A DNA stretch of 64,000 nucleotides, taken from NCBI GenBank assembly GCA_002633005.1, contig NMRA01000165.1, positions 96,280 through 160,279 on the forward strand, written 5' to 3'. Every line of letters begins with the position of its first letter. Within the stretch, counting starts at the first letter, position 1. Of the stretch, positions 1 through 12,389 are shown piece by piece. The notes below the pieces were generated by a model. The model did not search any database and was not told the origin of the DNA. It saw only the letters and a list, made by a program, of their open reading frames with translations. The stretch comes from Phoronis australis. Lineage: Eukaryota; Animalia; Phoronida. A program made the position numbers and the translations under genes.

Positions 1-3000
1 TTTCTAACATCATGCGGCATAAATTTAGGTAGTCCGCTGAGGGAGTTTTGGTCGTTTTTCTGCACTTTCGGCCTATCCTTCGGTCCAAGCGCGAGACGAC
101 GTTCACGTCCATGGCGTCGTCATCCTGGAGTGGTTCCACCGCGACGTCTGCATCCATCTCCTCTGACGGCATAGAGTGTTTGTCGTTTGGTTCTGAGAGG
201 TCCGTCATCGGATCCGACTCAGCCGAGGCTTCGGATACGTCGTCTTCTGACGATGGGATCACCTCATCATTCATCTGAGGTGCTGGCTTCGTCTGAGCCA
301 ACGTCTTCACTTGCCCCCTCTGTTGGAGCCTTTTTCAGAGTTCCGCTAAGGGTACATCAGAGTCATCGGAAGATGAGTCCCTCTTCATTTGGCGGAAATG
401 GTCCTGTAGACCTTCGTGTGGAGCGGCTTCTGCTTCGTCGTCAGACATGTCACTGTCTTCGCTTGAACTGGGTGGAACGGCGTAGCGTGCCCTCCTCATC
501 TGGGGGTAGTCGTCGTCCTTCATCTTCCAATGATCGACTTGTGCACGTCTCAGGTTGTCTATGTGCGACTGTCTAGTATGTGTCAGTGACTTGGTAACCG
601 TTCCGTCCAACTGGTTCCTGATGACGTACGTCTTGTCGGACAGTCGTTCCAAGATGCGCCAATAACCGGTCCATCTGGGGTCTAGTTTGCTGGTTTTAGA
701 ATTATTTTTGAGGTAAACAGGATCTCCAACTTCTAATTCAACTAAAACTATACCCTTTTTCTCCACTGCTAATCTTTTGTTCTGATGGTGCTTTATCATC
801 CGATAAACTGTCCTAAAAACTCTACATGTATGTTGGTTTTGTAAGATAATCTTATGTTCGTCCTCGCCCACGTATTTAGCAAGTGGCCGCATTATGTTAT
901 GCACAGGAAGTTTAGGGTTTCTACCAAACATAAGAAAATAACTGCTACACCCAGTATACTTGGTATGAAAATTCAAACATGACTCTGCTTGACTGAGATA
1001 AACATCCAATTGTTCCGGATTTTCACGGCATAATTTGCTCACAACGTCACCAAATACTTTTTGTGCTCGTTCAACTCGGCCATTTGCTTTTGAATTGTAA
1101 AAGCTGGTTGTAACATGCCGAATGTTAAATGATTCCATTACGTCTTTCATGGTTTTGTTTATAAATTCGGAGCCAGTTGTCTGAGATCAAAATGTTCATT
1201 ATACCAAATCTACAAAAGGTATCAGTGGTTAGGATTCGTGCGATTGTGGCGGCACTCTTATCCGGCATCGGATACAACAACGTATAATTTGAAAACCAAT
1301 CAGTCAGAGTCAAAATATGTCGATTACCACTGGGTGATGGTTTTATAGGGCCAACACAATCTATCGCTACCTGTTGCCAAGGGCCGTTCACAACATTGGA
1401 CGCCCCTAGCGGAGATTTAACTGCTCTCAGATTTCGTTCCTGGCATGTAACGCATTCTGAACCATACTTCTCAATGTCTTTAAACATTCTAGGCCAGAAA
1501 TAACTATTTCTAGACGATTGATAGGTTCTATCTATCCCTGCATGTTCTAGGTGATCATGATATTGTTTGATGACTAGCGACTGTAAATGTTCGGGAACAT
1601 ACAGACGAGTCTTAACGTCGCCATAATCATCGAAAACATAATATAAGACATTTTCTTTCAGTGAAGACTTATTTCCAATTCTTTTCCTAGGCTTGGGAGA
1701 CGATAGTTCATCGATTATTGTTCTGCACTCTTGATCCTTGTTTTGTTCCTCTTCCATATTTAATTTCAACTTAGGCATTTGTCATTCAGAGGTAAGATCA
1801 GGTATAGGAGGATCGACTCTCCATTTCGTGCGATTTAGGATCTACTCTGCTGTCATCTACTACGTTAATCTGTGCTACTGGAGCCTGAACCTCGAAAGTC
1901 CTATCGTCTATATCTAACGTTTCCTCGTCAACTGCATTATCATCGTTAGAAGGCGCTCTGCTCAGCAAGTCAGCCATCGTATTGTCCTTCCCAGGGATAT
2001 GTTTGATTTCAACGTCATAAGCCGAAATGAGTACCGACCATTGCGCCACTTTCTTATTTTGAATATCGCTTTTGAGCAAATAGATGAAGGGTATGTGATC
2101 CGTGAAAAGTGTGATTTTGGAAATGTAAATGTAATGTTCGAATTTCTTAAGAGCCATCAACACTGCGAAACATTCCTTTTCAATGGTTGCCCCGCATTTC
2201 TGTGTGTCAGTCAGTTTTAGCGACATAAAATAGATGGGTTTTTCAACAGCTTCGTCTGGACACTTTTGTACCAAACAAGCTCCAATTCCAAAATCACTCG
2301 CGTCTGTGTATACATGTATAGTGTAACTCAATTTGGGATCGGGATAATTTAGCATTGGAACTACGGAAAGATGTTCCTTGATAAATTGGAAAGCTTGTTC
2401 GCATTCAGGGGTCCATTTAAATCTGGCATATTTCTTTGTGAGTTCAGTCAATGGGGTCATAATGGCCGCTAAATTAGGAATAAACCTTCGATAGTATGAC
2501 AGGATTCCTTGCAGTACCCTTACTTCTTTTACCGTGGCTGGTCGTTTCATTGATCTTATAGCCGAAATTTTGGCTTGGTCCGGGCGGATCCCTTCTTTAT
2601 CCTGATCTACTATGAAGCCCAGATAGCTCGTTTCAGGCTTGAGAAACTGACATTTGGACAATTTTAACTCAAACTGTGTTCTCTGAGGCGTTGGAAAACA
2701 ATTTTCAAGTGCTCAAGGTGTTCGGTAACACTTTTGCTGTAAATAATACAGTCATCGATATAGGCTCGAGGAAAAGGGAGTCCCTCTAAAACAATTGACA
2801 TGAGTTCCTGGAAGAAACTGGGACTGTTACAAAGTCCGAATGGCATCATCTGAAATTGGTAAAGATTGTGACCCGTTGAAAACCCTGGGCAAAAGGCTGT
2901 CTTTTCCTTGTCATTAGGGTGCATTTGAATCTACCAAAAACCACTACATAAATCTAATGAGCTGTAAGTGCAAGAGCTTCTGAGATCGTTCAGTATGTCA

Positions 3001-3765
3001 TCAATTTTAGGTAGGAAGAATGAATAACCTTTAGTTACACTGTTCAATTTTCTATAATCTACACAAAACCTTACGCTATCATCTTTCTTGGTTACTAATA
3101 CTATAGGTAAGCAAAAGTTGGATCTAGAAGGTTCTATATTTTTTGCCAAAAGCATTTCATCCACCGCTTCTTTGGCTATTTGCTGTTTCGCTATCGGAAG
3201 CCGATAAGGCCTCTGCTTGACAATCGTGCCGTCCGGCACGTCTATGCGCATTTGTACCGTGTTCGTTTTCCCTAGGTCGAGGTCTCTTGCCGCGAAAACA
3301 TCGCTATTCTGTTTTAATAATTCCTTCACTTAGTTACCATACTCATCAGGTGTATCAATTTCAGATAGGTCTAACATTTGTTTACTAATCGACTGGGCTG
3401 ATGCTGGTTTATCTAATACATTCACAATGTTTGCGTTACGTACATGTAACTCTTCAACCTGGCCTACTGCAACTCCTCGTTTTATCTTGACATACCGGCC
3501 AGAATTGTTGATCATCTCTACTGGAAATTTACCAGCTTTGCCTGGCTTTATTATTGCATTGGAAATGGACAAGCCAGGTTTAGAATTTAGGGATTCCGGT
3601 CGTCAAAGGTGAAACTTGGAATATTTGCCGTTTGTGGCTACCTCTGGCTGTGCAAAATCTGGCACGACATACCATTTTGGAATTGACAACAATTTCGTTG
3701 ATTACTCTAACATAAGATTTGACCAGTTAGTCTTGAATTAGGAGTGTGTAATTTTTTTTATCCGC
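1..3765 (-). pseudogene. pol: pol pseudogene of copy 1 (RT, RNase H, integrase with long acidic C-terminal tail; protease deleted)
   Basis: ORF fragments 3330-3572, 2931-3329, 2664-2924 (AYIDD), 1798-2661 (RNase H), 1125-1778 and 335-1150 (integrase), separated by stops and frameshifts. The segment equivalent to about 22689-23036 of copy 2 is absent at about 3768. Confidence 0.93.
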
Positions 3766-3805
3766 AACGTCATCCTGACCCGCGGAAGCTCTCGAGTCAA
3801 TGCTT

Positions 3806-4729
3806 ATTAGTTTCCCCTGGGGGTTAGCGTCATTTGGTGTGGTATCAGCAGGGCTTGGGTAGTTAACCGGATTTTGGTTCGTTTGGGTGGCCAAAAATCT
3901 TTTAAAACTGAAACAATCTCGTTTCATGTGACCAGGTTTTTTACAAAAGAAGCATCTGATTGAATTGACTATGGCGTTAACAGTTCTGGGCGCCCGATAG
4001 TCTCTCGTTCTATGACCCGTCCTGTTGCAAATTCTGCATCTTTGAGGAGGGGATATTTTGTCCTTACGACTGATTTCCCTGTTATCTCCCGGTTTTAAAT
4101 TCATTCGCGCCCAAAGGTGTATTTCTTGGACAATGACTTTAAGGGCGTCCTGAGGGTTGTTTCGCCCGTAAGACGTGCTCTCTTATTCTTGCGTCCCGGA
4201 GCCCATCCACAAAAAACCCAATTAATTGTTCTTGTAGAACATCCAGTGCCGCTTGATCGTCAAATGCTTCGCGTGCCGCAGACAACAGTCGTTCGCCATA
4301 CATTTGCACGCTTTCGTTTGGTCGTTGCTTAATTGATTTCAATCGACCGAACGCCAGACTTTTGTTTGTGATAGGGGCAAAACGTAACTTAAGTTCTGCT
4401 TTAAACTGCTCATATGTGCATTGTGGGTGGTCTGTCATATAACGTTTAATGAATGCCGAAACTTCACCCCCTCCCCCCCCCCCCGATCTTTGATATGCAA
4501 TCAAGATCTGCTTTCTGGGGTCCATATTGGGGAAAATGACGGCCATCTTTTCTATCTCGCTCACCCACGCTCGAAACCTATGAACATCTCTTGAGAAAAC
4601 GGGGATATTTCACGCCAGTGACGTCTCACTCATGGAATTCATGGCATTGGTAACATCTCTGGTGAAATTACCAGCAAGTCCCGTTAAAAATTCAGCTAAA
4701 TCTACAGTTTCTTCTTGCTGATGTGCCAT
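3806..4729 (-). pseudogene. gag: gag pseudogene of copy 1
   Basis: ATG at 4729 (MAHQQEETVDLAE...), capsid-like ORF 4139-4564, zinc knuckles CRICNRTGH and CFFCKKPGHMKRDC in ORF 3727-4104; in-frame stop and frameshifts. Confidence 0.88.
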
Positions 4730-4828
4730 ACTGCTCAGTGTTCAGACTATGCTAACTACTACACTACTTAGATATTTCGTCTCGCTCGCGAAAAGTTAAG
4801 GTCAGTCTCAAAACTTTAACACCGGGTA

Positions 4829-4848
4829 GAATCCGGGCCACGGTACCA
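4829..4848 (-). promoter_or_regulatory. Primer binding site (tRNA-His) of copy 1
   Basis: Minus strand reads TGGTACCGTGGCCCGGATTC, near-complementary to the tRNA-His 3' end (..GAAUCC.GGUCACGGCACCA); about 11 nt inside the LTR end. Confidence 0.75.
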
Positions 4849-4937
4849 AAAAGGACTCGTGTGGTATATCAGTCCGTGTTGCGGCCAACAGATGGGGCGC
4901 TCGTGGTAATAAATAAAAGAACATTCGAATACCTTAA

Positions 4938-7764
4938 AGGAGCATGCCACACAAAAAACAACCTAATTTGTATCAATTTAGATCGAGTAGTTCTACTCCA
5001 TAACGACACGTACGGTTGCGTTACCTGACACCTGATGGCAGTCGGAGGTGTTGAAATAGGCCTTTTGCGAGTTTATAACAATAACGCGAGATTATGTGAG
5101 ACTTAACTGTGACGTCACGGGAAGTGGGGCAAAAGCTTGTCGTTTGGTCATTTGCCCAATACGGTAGCAGAGTGTATTCTGTTATTGTCTTCGAGTTTTT
5201 AGCCGTTTAGTTCGAAAAATGTCCAAAAGCATTGCTGTTATGGCAAATGAACTTCAGATTCGCACTACAATACGTTCTATCGCGTTCTGTACTAATTTCG
5301 TCCCGTGTATTTTAAACGGGCGGTAGGCGAAATCCGCTCACTGATAAAGTTTTCACCTCGTCGAAAATACATTCTACACCTAAAATTAGCACCTAAAAGG
5401 CTCTTACTTTCTTCAGTGACTCTTTCTGCTTCTAAACATATCTTCGATGAAGCATATATACGGGAATTCAGGTGACTTAGGCGAAGAATTCCAACTCCAC
5501 TTTGTGGTTACTGTTAACTTTGTCCGCGCGCGCGATTACCACAATCAAGTATTTCAGCTGAGTCAGGTGAGTATGAGGCAAAGGCTAGCGCGAGACTGAG
5601 CGAAGCGCGAGATCTGGCGCGTGACCTGGCGCGTGACACTTGCAAAATAGCATGAGAAAATATCAAGTGAAATTTGTAAGATTTGTGTCCCTTGGACTTT
5701 TTGTTCGTCAACAGGCGTGATTTCACGTAACTTCCTCAAAATGGCGGCTCTTTAGTGAGAGAAACTCGAGAGAACCGCGAGGTTTTCATGAATATGCTCA
5801 AGTTATTTGTAGACTAAATTGTGTCCAGAGTCAGGGTATGTGTTAATTATAACTTCATGTGCACATATGCATGTTTCATTTGATTTTATTTGCTGTATTT
5901 TGAAGTGAATATCTTTTTATGGGGATACACTATCGCCCCTGTATGCCTGCGCCATTCAGGCCTAGAGCGGGTTAAGTTCCAATTTCAGTCCGTTCACAGC
6001 TTCGCACAACATAACAAGGTCACATTTTCTTCGTCTATTCACAGTTATTCCACGACCCATCTACCATATCTTATGTTGTTTTAACGTTTTAAGCGTAAAA
6101 TTCACCATAAGAACTCCAGTAAGTTTTAGCGTGTGTAGCAAAGACTCGGGGCAAAACAAGAGCAATATGGCGGGTTTTGCCCCCTTTCAGGTGACGTCAC
6201 AGTGACTAGCGAGAAACTCGCAAGTGAGCTATTATCCAATGACGTCATCGGTTTCACATGCAGTCTGTTCAGCAGTTCACAACACGGGTTACTGGTGTCA
6301 GCTTATCGCTTGAAGTCATCGTTTAACACCAATAAATCATCAAACTTCGATGTAAAACCCTTGAAAATACACCGAGTTCTTATAAAAACGTGTTGTTTAA
6401 TTTCGCTCTTACAGATTTATTGGTATTTGGACACACCGTAACCTACAAAATTCGGCACGCCAATCGAGTCCGTAGCAGGAGTTTGGGGTCTGTTCGGAGA
6501 TAATTTCGAAGTATTTTCCGTGAGATAAAGACAGGAGAACCTAGATCTGTGTTGTTTAGACTTGTGATTTTTTGAGTTCTAAACACAAAACGCTTGAATA
6601 TTATCCTGGCCAGTGGGTCGGAGCCCGATCAGGTCCGTCGCGGAAGGCCGGAGTTGACTCCGCCGTTATCCCGGCCAGTGGCTCGGAAACTGATCAGACA
6701 TCACGAACATAAACCAGCCAAAGTTCAGTGGAAACTAAACTTCCAGTCAAGAAAATACTATACTAGTGAGCCAAAGTAATGTGCACGTGATTATGTTGGT
6801 GAATTAGTCACGAAACTGCAAATCTACTTACTCGTCGGGGGCCGCGAATTCAGGCTCCGCTTTGGCTACAGCACCGCCAGGGCAGAAGTTGTACATTGAC
6901 AATCATTATTTGAGTAACTTAAATGTAAATAAGGATTTCCTAACACCTGGCCGGGGGATGGAAATCAAGTTGTTTCACAAAAATTAGCATGAGCTGACAC
7001 GGCCTCGGTGTCCCGTCAATTAGTTTTGTTGCACCTAACGCCGGTAACGTGGTGATTTATTCATTGCTGGCTTCTCAAGTCATTTGCACTCACAAACACT
7101 CCAAAGGCATTACAAATTACATCTAATGAGACAGACTTTGTTTCAGTTTTATATTGGTTAGCGTGAGAATAGTTCATTTTGAAACAGAACGCTCAGTAAT
7201 AAAGGCTAACACCGCAACTCGCAATACCTACTTAGGACGAGCTAGAGGTCATCAGTCCCGACTTCGCAGGTGGATCGTTAAGTTTTACAGGCTATCAGTT
7301 CGGACAGGAATACAGTGATGAAGAAATGCTAGAAAGGCGCCGTGAACAAGCTCAGACAACGGGACGTATGGAGTTATTTGGTAAGCCAGCATTCGTCAGG
7401 CACTGTCGATGTCTGCAGGCCACAGACACGGAGATGTTTCACGGCCTCATACTTGCTATTTACAGCGTACATTTCATTCCTTACTACCATGAGCCACTTC
7501 CTAAGCATTTCGGACTCTCGAGGAAGTAAAAAAACGATACACCCGCTTTCTTCGCAGCTGCGTAGTTCGGACAAGCGGGAACGATGCACCGCAACATAGC
7601 GGCATTCACTCTGCATGTGAATCACTGACGTCGCTTGCGTTGTTTCTCACCTGCTTCACGCGACACCTCTTGGCAAGGTACTAGGTCGACCGTGTGCGAG
7701 GCGATGTGGATATAGACCGATTAAGAAGGCAAAAAAGACTAATTAAATCGGGTGGCATTCTCCT
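4938..7764 (-). mobile_element. Kolobok-like non-autonomous DNA transposon (copy A)
   Basis: Termini AGGAGCATGCCAC...GTGGCATTCTCCT, flanked by TTAA (4934-4937) and GTAA (7765-7768) at an LTR TTAA site; THAP-like remnant at 7374-7625 (FLLPRESEMLRKWL...LRVCG); reverse-complement homolog of 24679-26271. TTAA TSD with RR..YY ends fits Kolobok rather than piggyBac. Confidence 0.82.
5058..6230 (+). mobile_element. ISL2EU-like (PIF/Harbinger-related) non-autonomous element nested in Kolobok copy A
   Basis: Absent from Kolobok copy B, whose empty site reads TTGAAATTATCC; AT TSD at 5056-5057 and 6231-6232; imperfect TIRs AG..TTGCGAGTTT with subterminal CTGTGACGTCAC; decayed THAP start near 5219 (..HCCYGK*TSDSHY). 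Confidence 0.7.
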
Positions 7765-8471
7765 GTAACAAAAGAATACGTCTATTAATTTGCAGCGTTG
7801 TGATTTACAAACTATAGATTACATCGAGTTGTGAGACTAGCGACTGTTCGAATGAAACGATATATCGTTTCAGGTGAAAGTATTAATCTACAGTGCCACC
7901 AGTTACCCGTAGCTACCGCACACGTTAATGCAATACAAGTCGCCACTTGAACTGACCCTCTAAAACAATCACTAGACTGGTTCAAATTGACTAACAGGCT
8001 GAGACCAACTCCTGTATTAAGTGTTTATACCTTGACTCCTCTATTCGACTTCACTTAACTGGTTTTCCTCGCCTTTGCTGTTGGCTCCTCCTAGAGGTCA
8101 AGTCTGGGTCTGATTCACGGTTTTCGTCTCGGTCTAGGTCTGGTCTGGGTCTTGTTCTCGGTCTGGGTTTTGGTCTGTCTCGGTCTTTGTCTAATTCTCC
8201 TTGATAGCCAATGTCTTAAATACTGTTCTAGCCGGCATCATATGAAGGGGCCCATCTCGTGACGGTTAAAGTCCCTGGTCAGAGTTTGCACGTGACACTT
8301 GCATAACGATTAATTAACTTGAATGGAACTTACCCAACAAAATCAAATCAGCTGACTATTGAAACAATTCTTGCATAACACCTGTGATAATCTCTGCTAC
8401 AGTCAAAGATATGATTGCAATGCACTTTTAATTTTCGGAAACCTTAATTAAATGCAGATGTCCTAGCCTTA

Positions 8472-10588
8472 TACTAGAACGCAAGTGCTACAAGTGTGCT
8501 GAAAATCGTTGACTTCCGGTCAAAGATGGCGGAAATATTGGAAGTGGCGCATGCGCACCCCGAAATATGGCCACAAAACTTTTCCACTGTAGAGGGCGCA
8601 TTTGCGAACCAATCACTTTCAAACTGGTCACAAGTTTGTTGAGTTTAATAAGCTTATTGAACCGGAAGTCACTTTCAAGATGGCGGCTGTGGCACACGTT
8701 CACACGGTTTCAATCGTTCTGCTATCGCGTTTTTAACGGGAAGAGCAAGTGACGTGAATTTTTGCATGTGGATTCCTTAAGTATGGCCTTTCAAAAAGAC
8801 TCTAAGGGCGTATTTGTCAGACTTACCGTTTTCGAGTTATTTGACTTTGAATTTCAAAAAAATCCGGCAAGTTTTCAATTTTTTGGAAAAGTTTTTCGAT
8901 TTTTGCCAAACTATCACTTTAGATAGAGTTTTGAACGGGCTTCCAGAAACCATTTTCCATTTTGCGCTACACTGTCTACTTTTTGAATTATTCGAGATTT
9001 TCGGATACCGTTGTTCTTTCGGTCACCTATGCAAGCACGCAGCTGGCTGGCTTTTTTCATTTTGTTTTGGTTAGGCTTAGTTGACCCCAACTGACCCAGC
9101 CAGCACTGTTCTAATGTAGACTGGAATTCCACGCCAAATATTGTAAACGTAACATTGCTCTGCAGACTGTCACATAGCGCCACCTATTTTGGAATGTGGG
9201 AACAAAGCATGGCTTGTCCGTCATGTTGCGCCATCTATTGTTCTTTATTGTAGTTGATTGTATTCTCTCTATTTGATTTCTTCGCTAGTCACATGAATGT
9301 TATCGTGTTATTCATAATTGCCGCCTTGATCGTCATGATTGTCGTCGTCCTCCCCATCGTCGTCTTTTCGATTAATTCCGCCAAGTGTTGCTCCTCCGAG
9401 CGCTCTCGTTTTGTTTGTTCGCTCTCTACAGGTCGCAATTTTCGTCCGATTTTCACGAAATTTGCACACGACGTGTAGATGGGGAAGTCCTGGAACGATC
9501 TTGTTTTTGGTCATGATCGGATACAAAATTGCGGACGTGGCGGCCATTTTGTATCCGATTTCACAGTCAATGTTCGTAGAGGCCGTTTTTTCCGACGTAC
9601 AGAGCTGAAAATCGGTACGGTTCTACAAAAACGCATGTGCTACAAATGTGCAGAAAATTGTTGACTTCCGGTCAAATATGCCGGAAATATTGGAAGTGGC
9701 GCATGCGCACCCCGAAATATGGCCAAAACGTTTTCTCCTGTAGAAGGCGCATTTGCAAACCAATCACTTTCAAACTGGTCACGTGTTTGTTAAGTTTAGT
9801 AAGTTTTTATAAAAATTTATTGAACCGGAAGTCATATTCAAGATGGCGGCTCTGGTGCATGTTCACACGGTTTCAATCGTTCTGCTGTCGCATTTTAACG
9901 GGAAGAGCAAATGGCGTCAATTTTTGCATGTGGATTCCTTGAAGTATGCTCTTTCAAAAGTTTTGCAATAACGGTTTTCTCAGACTTATCGTTTTCGAGT
10001 TATTTGACTTTGAATTTCAAAAAAACAGCAAATTTTCAATTTTTTCAAATTTTTTTTTTTTGGATTTTTGCCAAACTATCATTTTAAATAGAGTTTTGAA
10101 CGGGCTTCCGGAAGATATTTTTCATTTTGCGCTACGACGTCAACTTTTTGAATTATTTGAGATTTTCGGATACCGTTGTTCCTTCGGTCACCTACATGTA
10201 TGCAAGCGCGCAGCTGGCTGGCTTTCAGTTCACTTTGTTTTGGTTATGCCTAGTTGACCCCAACTGATCCAGCCAGCACTGTCCTACTGTAGGCTGTAGA
10301 ATTCCAGGCCAAATACTTATTGTAAACATAACTTTGCTCTGCAGACTGTCACATAGCGCCACCTATTTTGGAATGTGGGAACAAAGCATGGCTCGTCCGT
10401 CTTGTTGCGCTATCTATTGTTCTTTATTGTAGTTGACTGTATGCTCTCTATTTGATTTCTTCGCTAGTCACATGAATGTTATCGTGTTATTCATAATTGC
10501 CGCCTTGATCGGCATGATTCTCGTCGTCCACCCCATCGTCGTCTTTTCGATTAATTCCGCCAAGTGTCGCTCCTCCAAGCGCTCTCGT
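8472..10588. repeat. Tandem duplication (~1.15-kb unit) of an interspersed repeat, Helentron/HINE-like
   Basis: 8472-9409 aligns with about 9622-10588 (e.g. TTGACTTCCGGTCAAA, shared end GCGCTCTCGT). Family assignment is by resemblance only. Confidence 0.7.
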
Positions 10589-11429
10589 ATTCAATATTAC
10601 TTATTTATTGACAATAAATAATCTATTATGTTATTGCACTAAAAATCGGAAACCATGCTATGTTGTCTTTCCAGCTGAGTACCGCCATAATGTTTACTTT
10701 TAACAAAAATCAACATTTAAAAATTAGCATTTAGAAAATTCGACCACATGTATCAGGCACAGGTGTTTCACAGTTTATGGGCTGGAAATTACATTTAATC
10801 GGGTCTTGCTCGCACTGGACAATGCATAGCCATCATCACTGATGAAAGCCGCTCACATTTTTGAACGAGCACCTTATCTCTGTTGTATGTTTTCTAGCTA
10901 TATATGTCTACTGAATTGGCAACAATGTTGACAGTGTTGAGTGTACATTGGTTTATTGTCTTCATAATGCTTTAACGAGAACACGAGAATCTAGGTAGTT
11001 CAGTGCGCTGGTTTTTAAAATGTCATCAAACCCGTACTTTCGACAATCCAGGCTGCAACTCTGTTCATATGTCAGACTAAACAACCACCGCTGTTGAGAA
11101 TGCAGTCCACTTCATTAGCTTGAGTACAAAGGGAGTGCTGAATAGGCTTATGTAAGTTGTCTGAGGGCAAAGGGAATCGGCGGTTATCAGTGTCATAGTG
11201 TTGCCCGTTGACACGACTTCCGTCTTTGGTTCTGTTACCGAATGTTGAAGATTACCGTCGCATTATTTCTAGCACAGTCAGTATTTGTTACACACACCTC
11301 TGGGTAGTCTCCTACACAGACCCACGAGATTGGTTATCCGTGACGTCATCTTGTGAGGCCCGGGAACCAGGTTAACCTCTGGGTTAACCTGCAATAGACC
11401 ATTTGAACTACCGAGAGTCGTGTAGTTCA

Positions 11430-12389
11430 ATGGCGTGCCCTTCAGTTCGTCTTCATAGCGGGTACAACATCCCAGCTGTAGGACTCGGAACGTCCCGTAA
11501 TACGACCGAAGAGATTCAGAAAGCTGTTTACCTCGCACTTCAGCTTGGATACAGACATTTGGATACGGCACACGTTTATCAAAATGGCGGTACTTTGGGC
11601 GCCGGGTTACGGACCGCTATAAGAGATGGCATTGTACAGAGAGACGAAGTGTTCATTACTGGCAAATTGTGGAATACTTTTCACAGATATAATGATGTAA
11701 AGGTTGGACTGCGGAAGGATCTTGATGAGATCGGAGTGGATTACTTCGATCTCTATCTCATACATTTCCCTATTGCGTTTGAGCGACTCGAGTCAGAAGT
11801 GGCGAGCCCCGTGGATTCTCATGGCAATGTACTGACCACAGACGTTGAGTTCACTGAGACCTGGGCGGCCCTGGAACAATGTGTCCGCGAGGGCTTGGTA
11901 CGATCCATAGGTCTATCTAACTTCAGTATTAGCCAGATTCAGCAAGTTTTAGACATGTGTACAATTCAGCCAGCTGTGTTGCAGTGCGAGGCGCATCCGT
12001 TTCTGCAGCAGACAGAACTTGTCAATTTTTGCAAGACACGCAAAATTGTCTTCACCGCCTACGCTCCCCTAGTCTCACCAGAGCGCATTAAGACACACGG
12101 CGTAGTCGGCCCGAGTGTATTTGACGACCCTGTACTGGCTGAATTGTCTCACAAGTACAAGAAGACAGTGGCACAGTTTGTACTCAAGTGGCTCATTCAA
12201 CGTGGAATCACCGTCATACCGAAAAGTGTCACTCCGAGTAGAATTGAAGAAAATTTTAATCTGTTTGATTTTGAAATATCGAACGAAGATATGGAGCGGG
12301 TAACTCAACTTGATGCCGGATTTCGAGCTGTCAATTTTCGTAATTTTCCGTCAGTTGCAAAGCATAAATTCAACCCGTTTAATGAATGA
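11430..12389 (+). CDS. Aldo-keto reductase (AKR1-like), 319 aa, single coding exon
   Basis: Uninterrupted ORF from ATG 11430 (MACPSVRLHSG..); motifs GLGT, GYRHLDTAHVY (Asp/Tyr), ITGKLWN (Lys), DLYLIHFP (His), SIGLSNF, QCEAHP, IPKS; AATAAA near 13137. Confidence 0.95.
   Translation: MACPSVRLHSGYNIPAVGLGTSRNTTEEIQKAVYLALQLGYRHLDTAHVYQNGGTLGAGLRTAIRDGIVQRDEVFITGKLWNTFHRYNDVKVGLRKDLDEIGVDYFDLYLIHFPIAFERLESEVASPVDSHGNVLTTDVEFTETWAALEQCVREGLVRSIGLSNFSISQIQQVLDMCTIQPAVLQCEAHPFLQQTELVNFCKTRKIVFTAYAPLVSPERIKTHGVVGPSVFDDPVLAELSHKYKKTVAQFVLKWLIQRGITVIPKSVTPSRIEENFNLFDFEISNEDMERVTQLDAGFRAVNFRNFPSVAKHKFNPFNE

Larger units (their letters stand above)
1..8469 (-). mobile_element. Ty3/Gypsy LTR retrotransposon copy 1 (decayed; 3' part lies left of the window)
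   Basis: Broken ORFs in Gypsy order gag-RT-RH-IN (YIDD, YTDAS, HHCC zinc finger, NGRVER); colinear with copy 2 at 19100-26536; 5' LTR at 4860-8469, missing the outermost ~12 bp. Confidence 0.95.
4860..8469 (-). repeat. 5' LTR of copy 1, interrupted by insertion 4938-7764
   Basis: 4860-4937 plus 7769-8469 align with the uninterrupted LTR at 14725-15545. Confidence 0.92.

Noticed and set aside
48-576. Plus-strand ORFs repeated at 19027-19570
   Set aside because: Antisense shadows of the low-complexity integrase tail, repeated only because the element is duplicated.
8090-8200. GGTCT-rich short repeats, superficially array-like
   Set aside because: Internal LTR motif cluster present in all three LTRs; no constant repeat-spacer structure, so not CRISPR.
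11403-11429. Upstream TTG start for the AKR ORF
   Set aside because: Eukaryotic gene; the first ATG at 11430 gives a normal AKR N-terminus.
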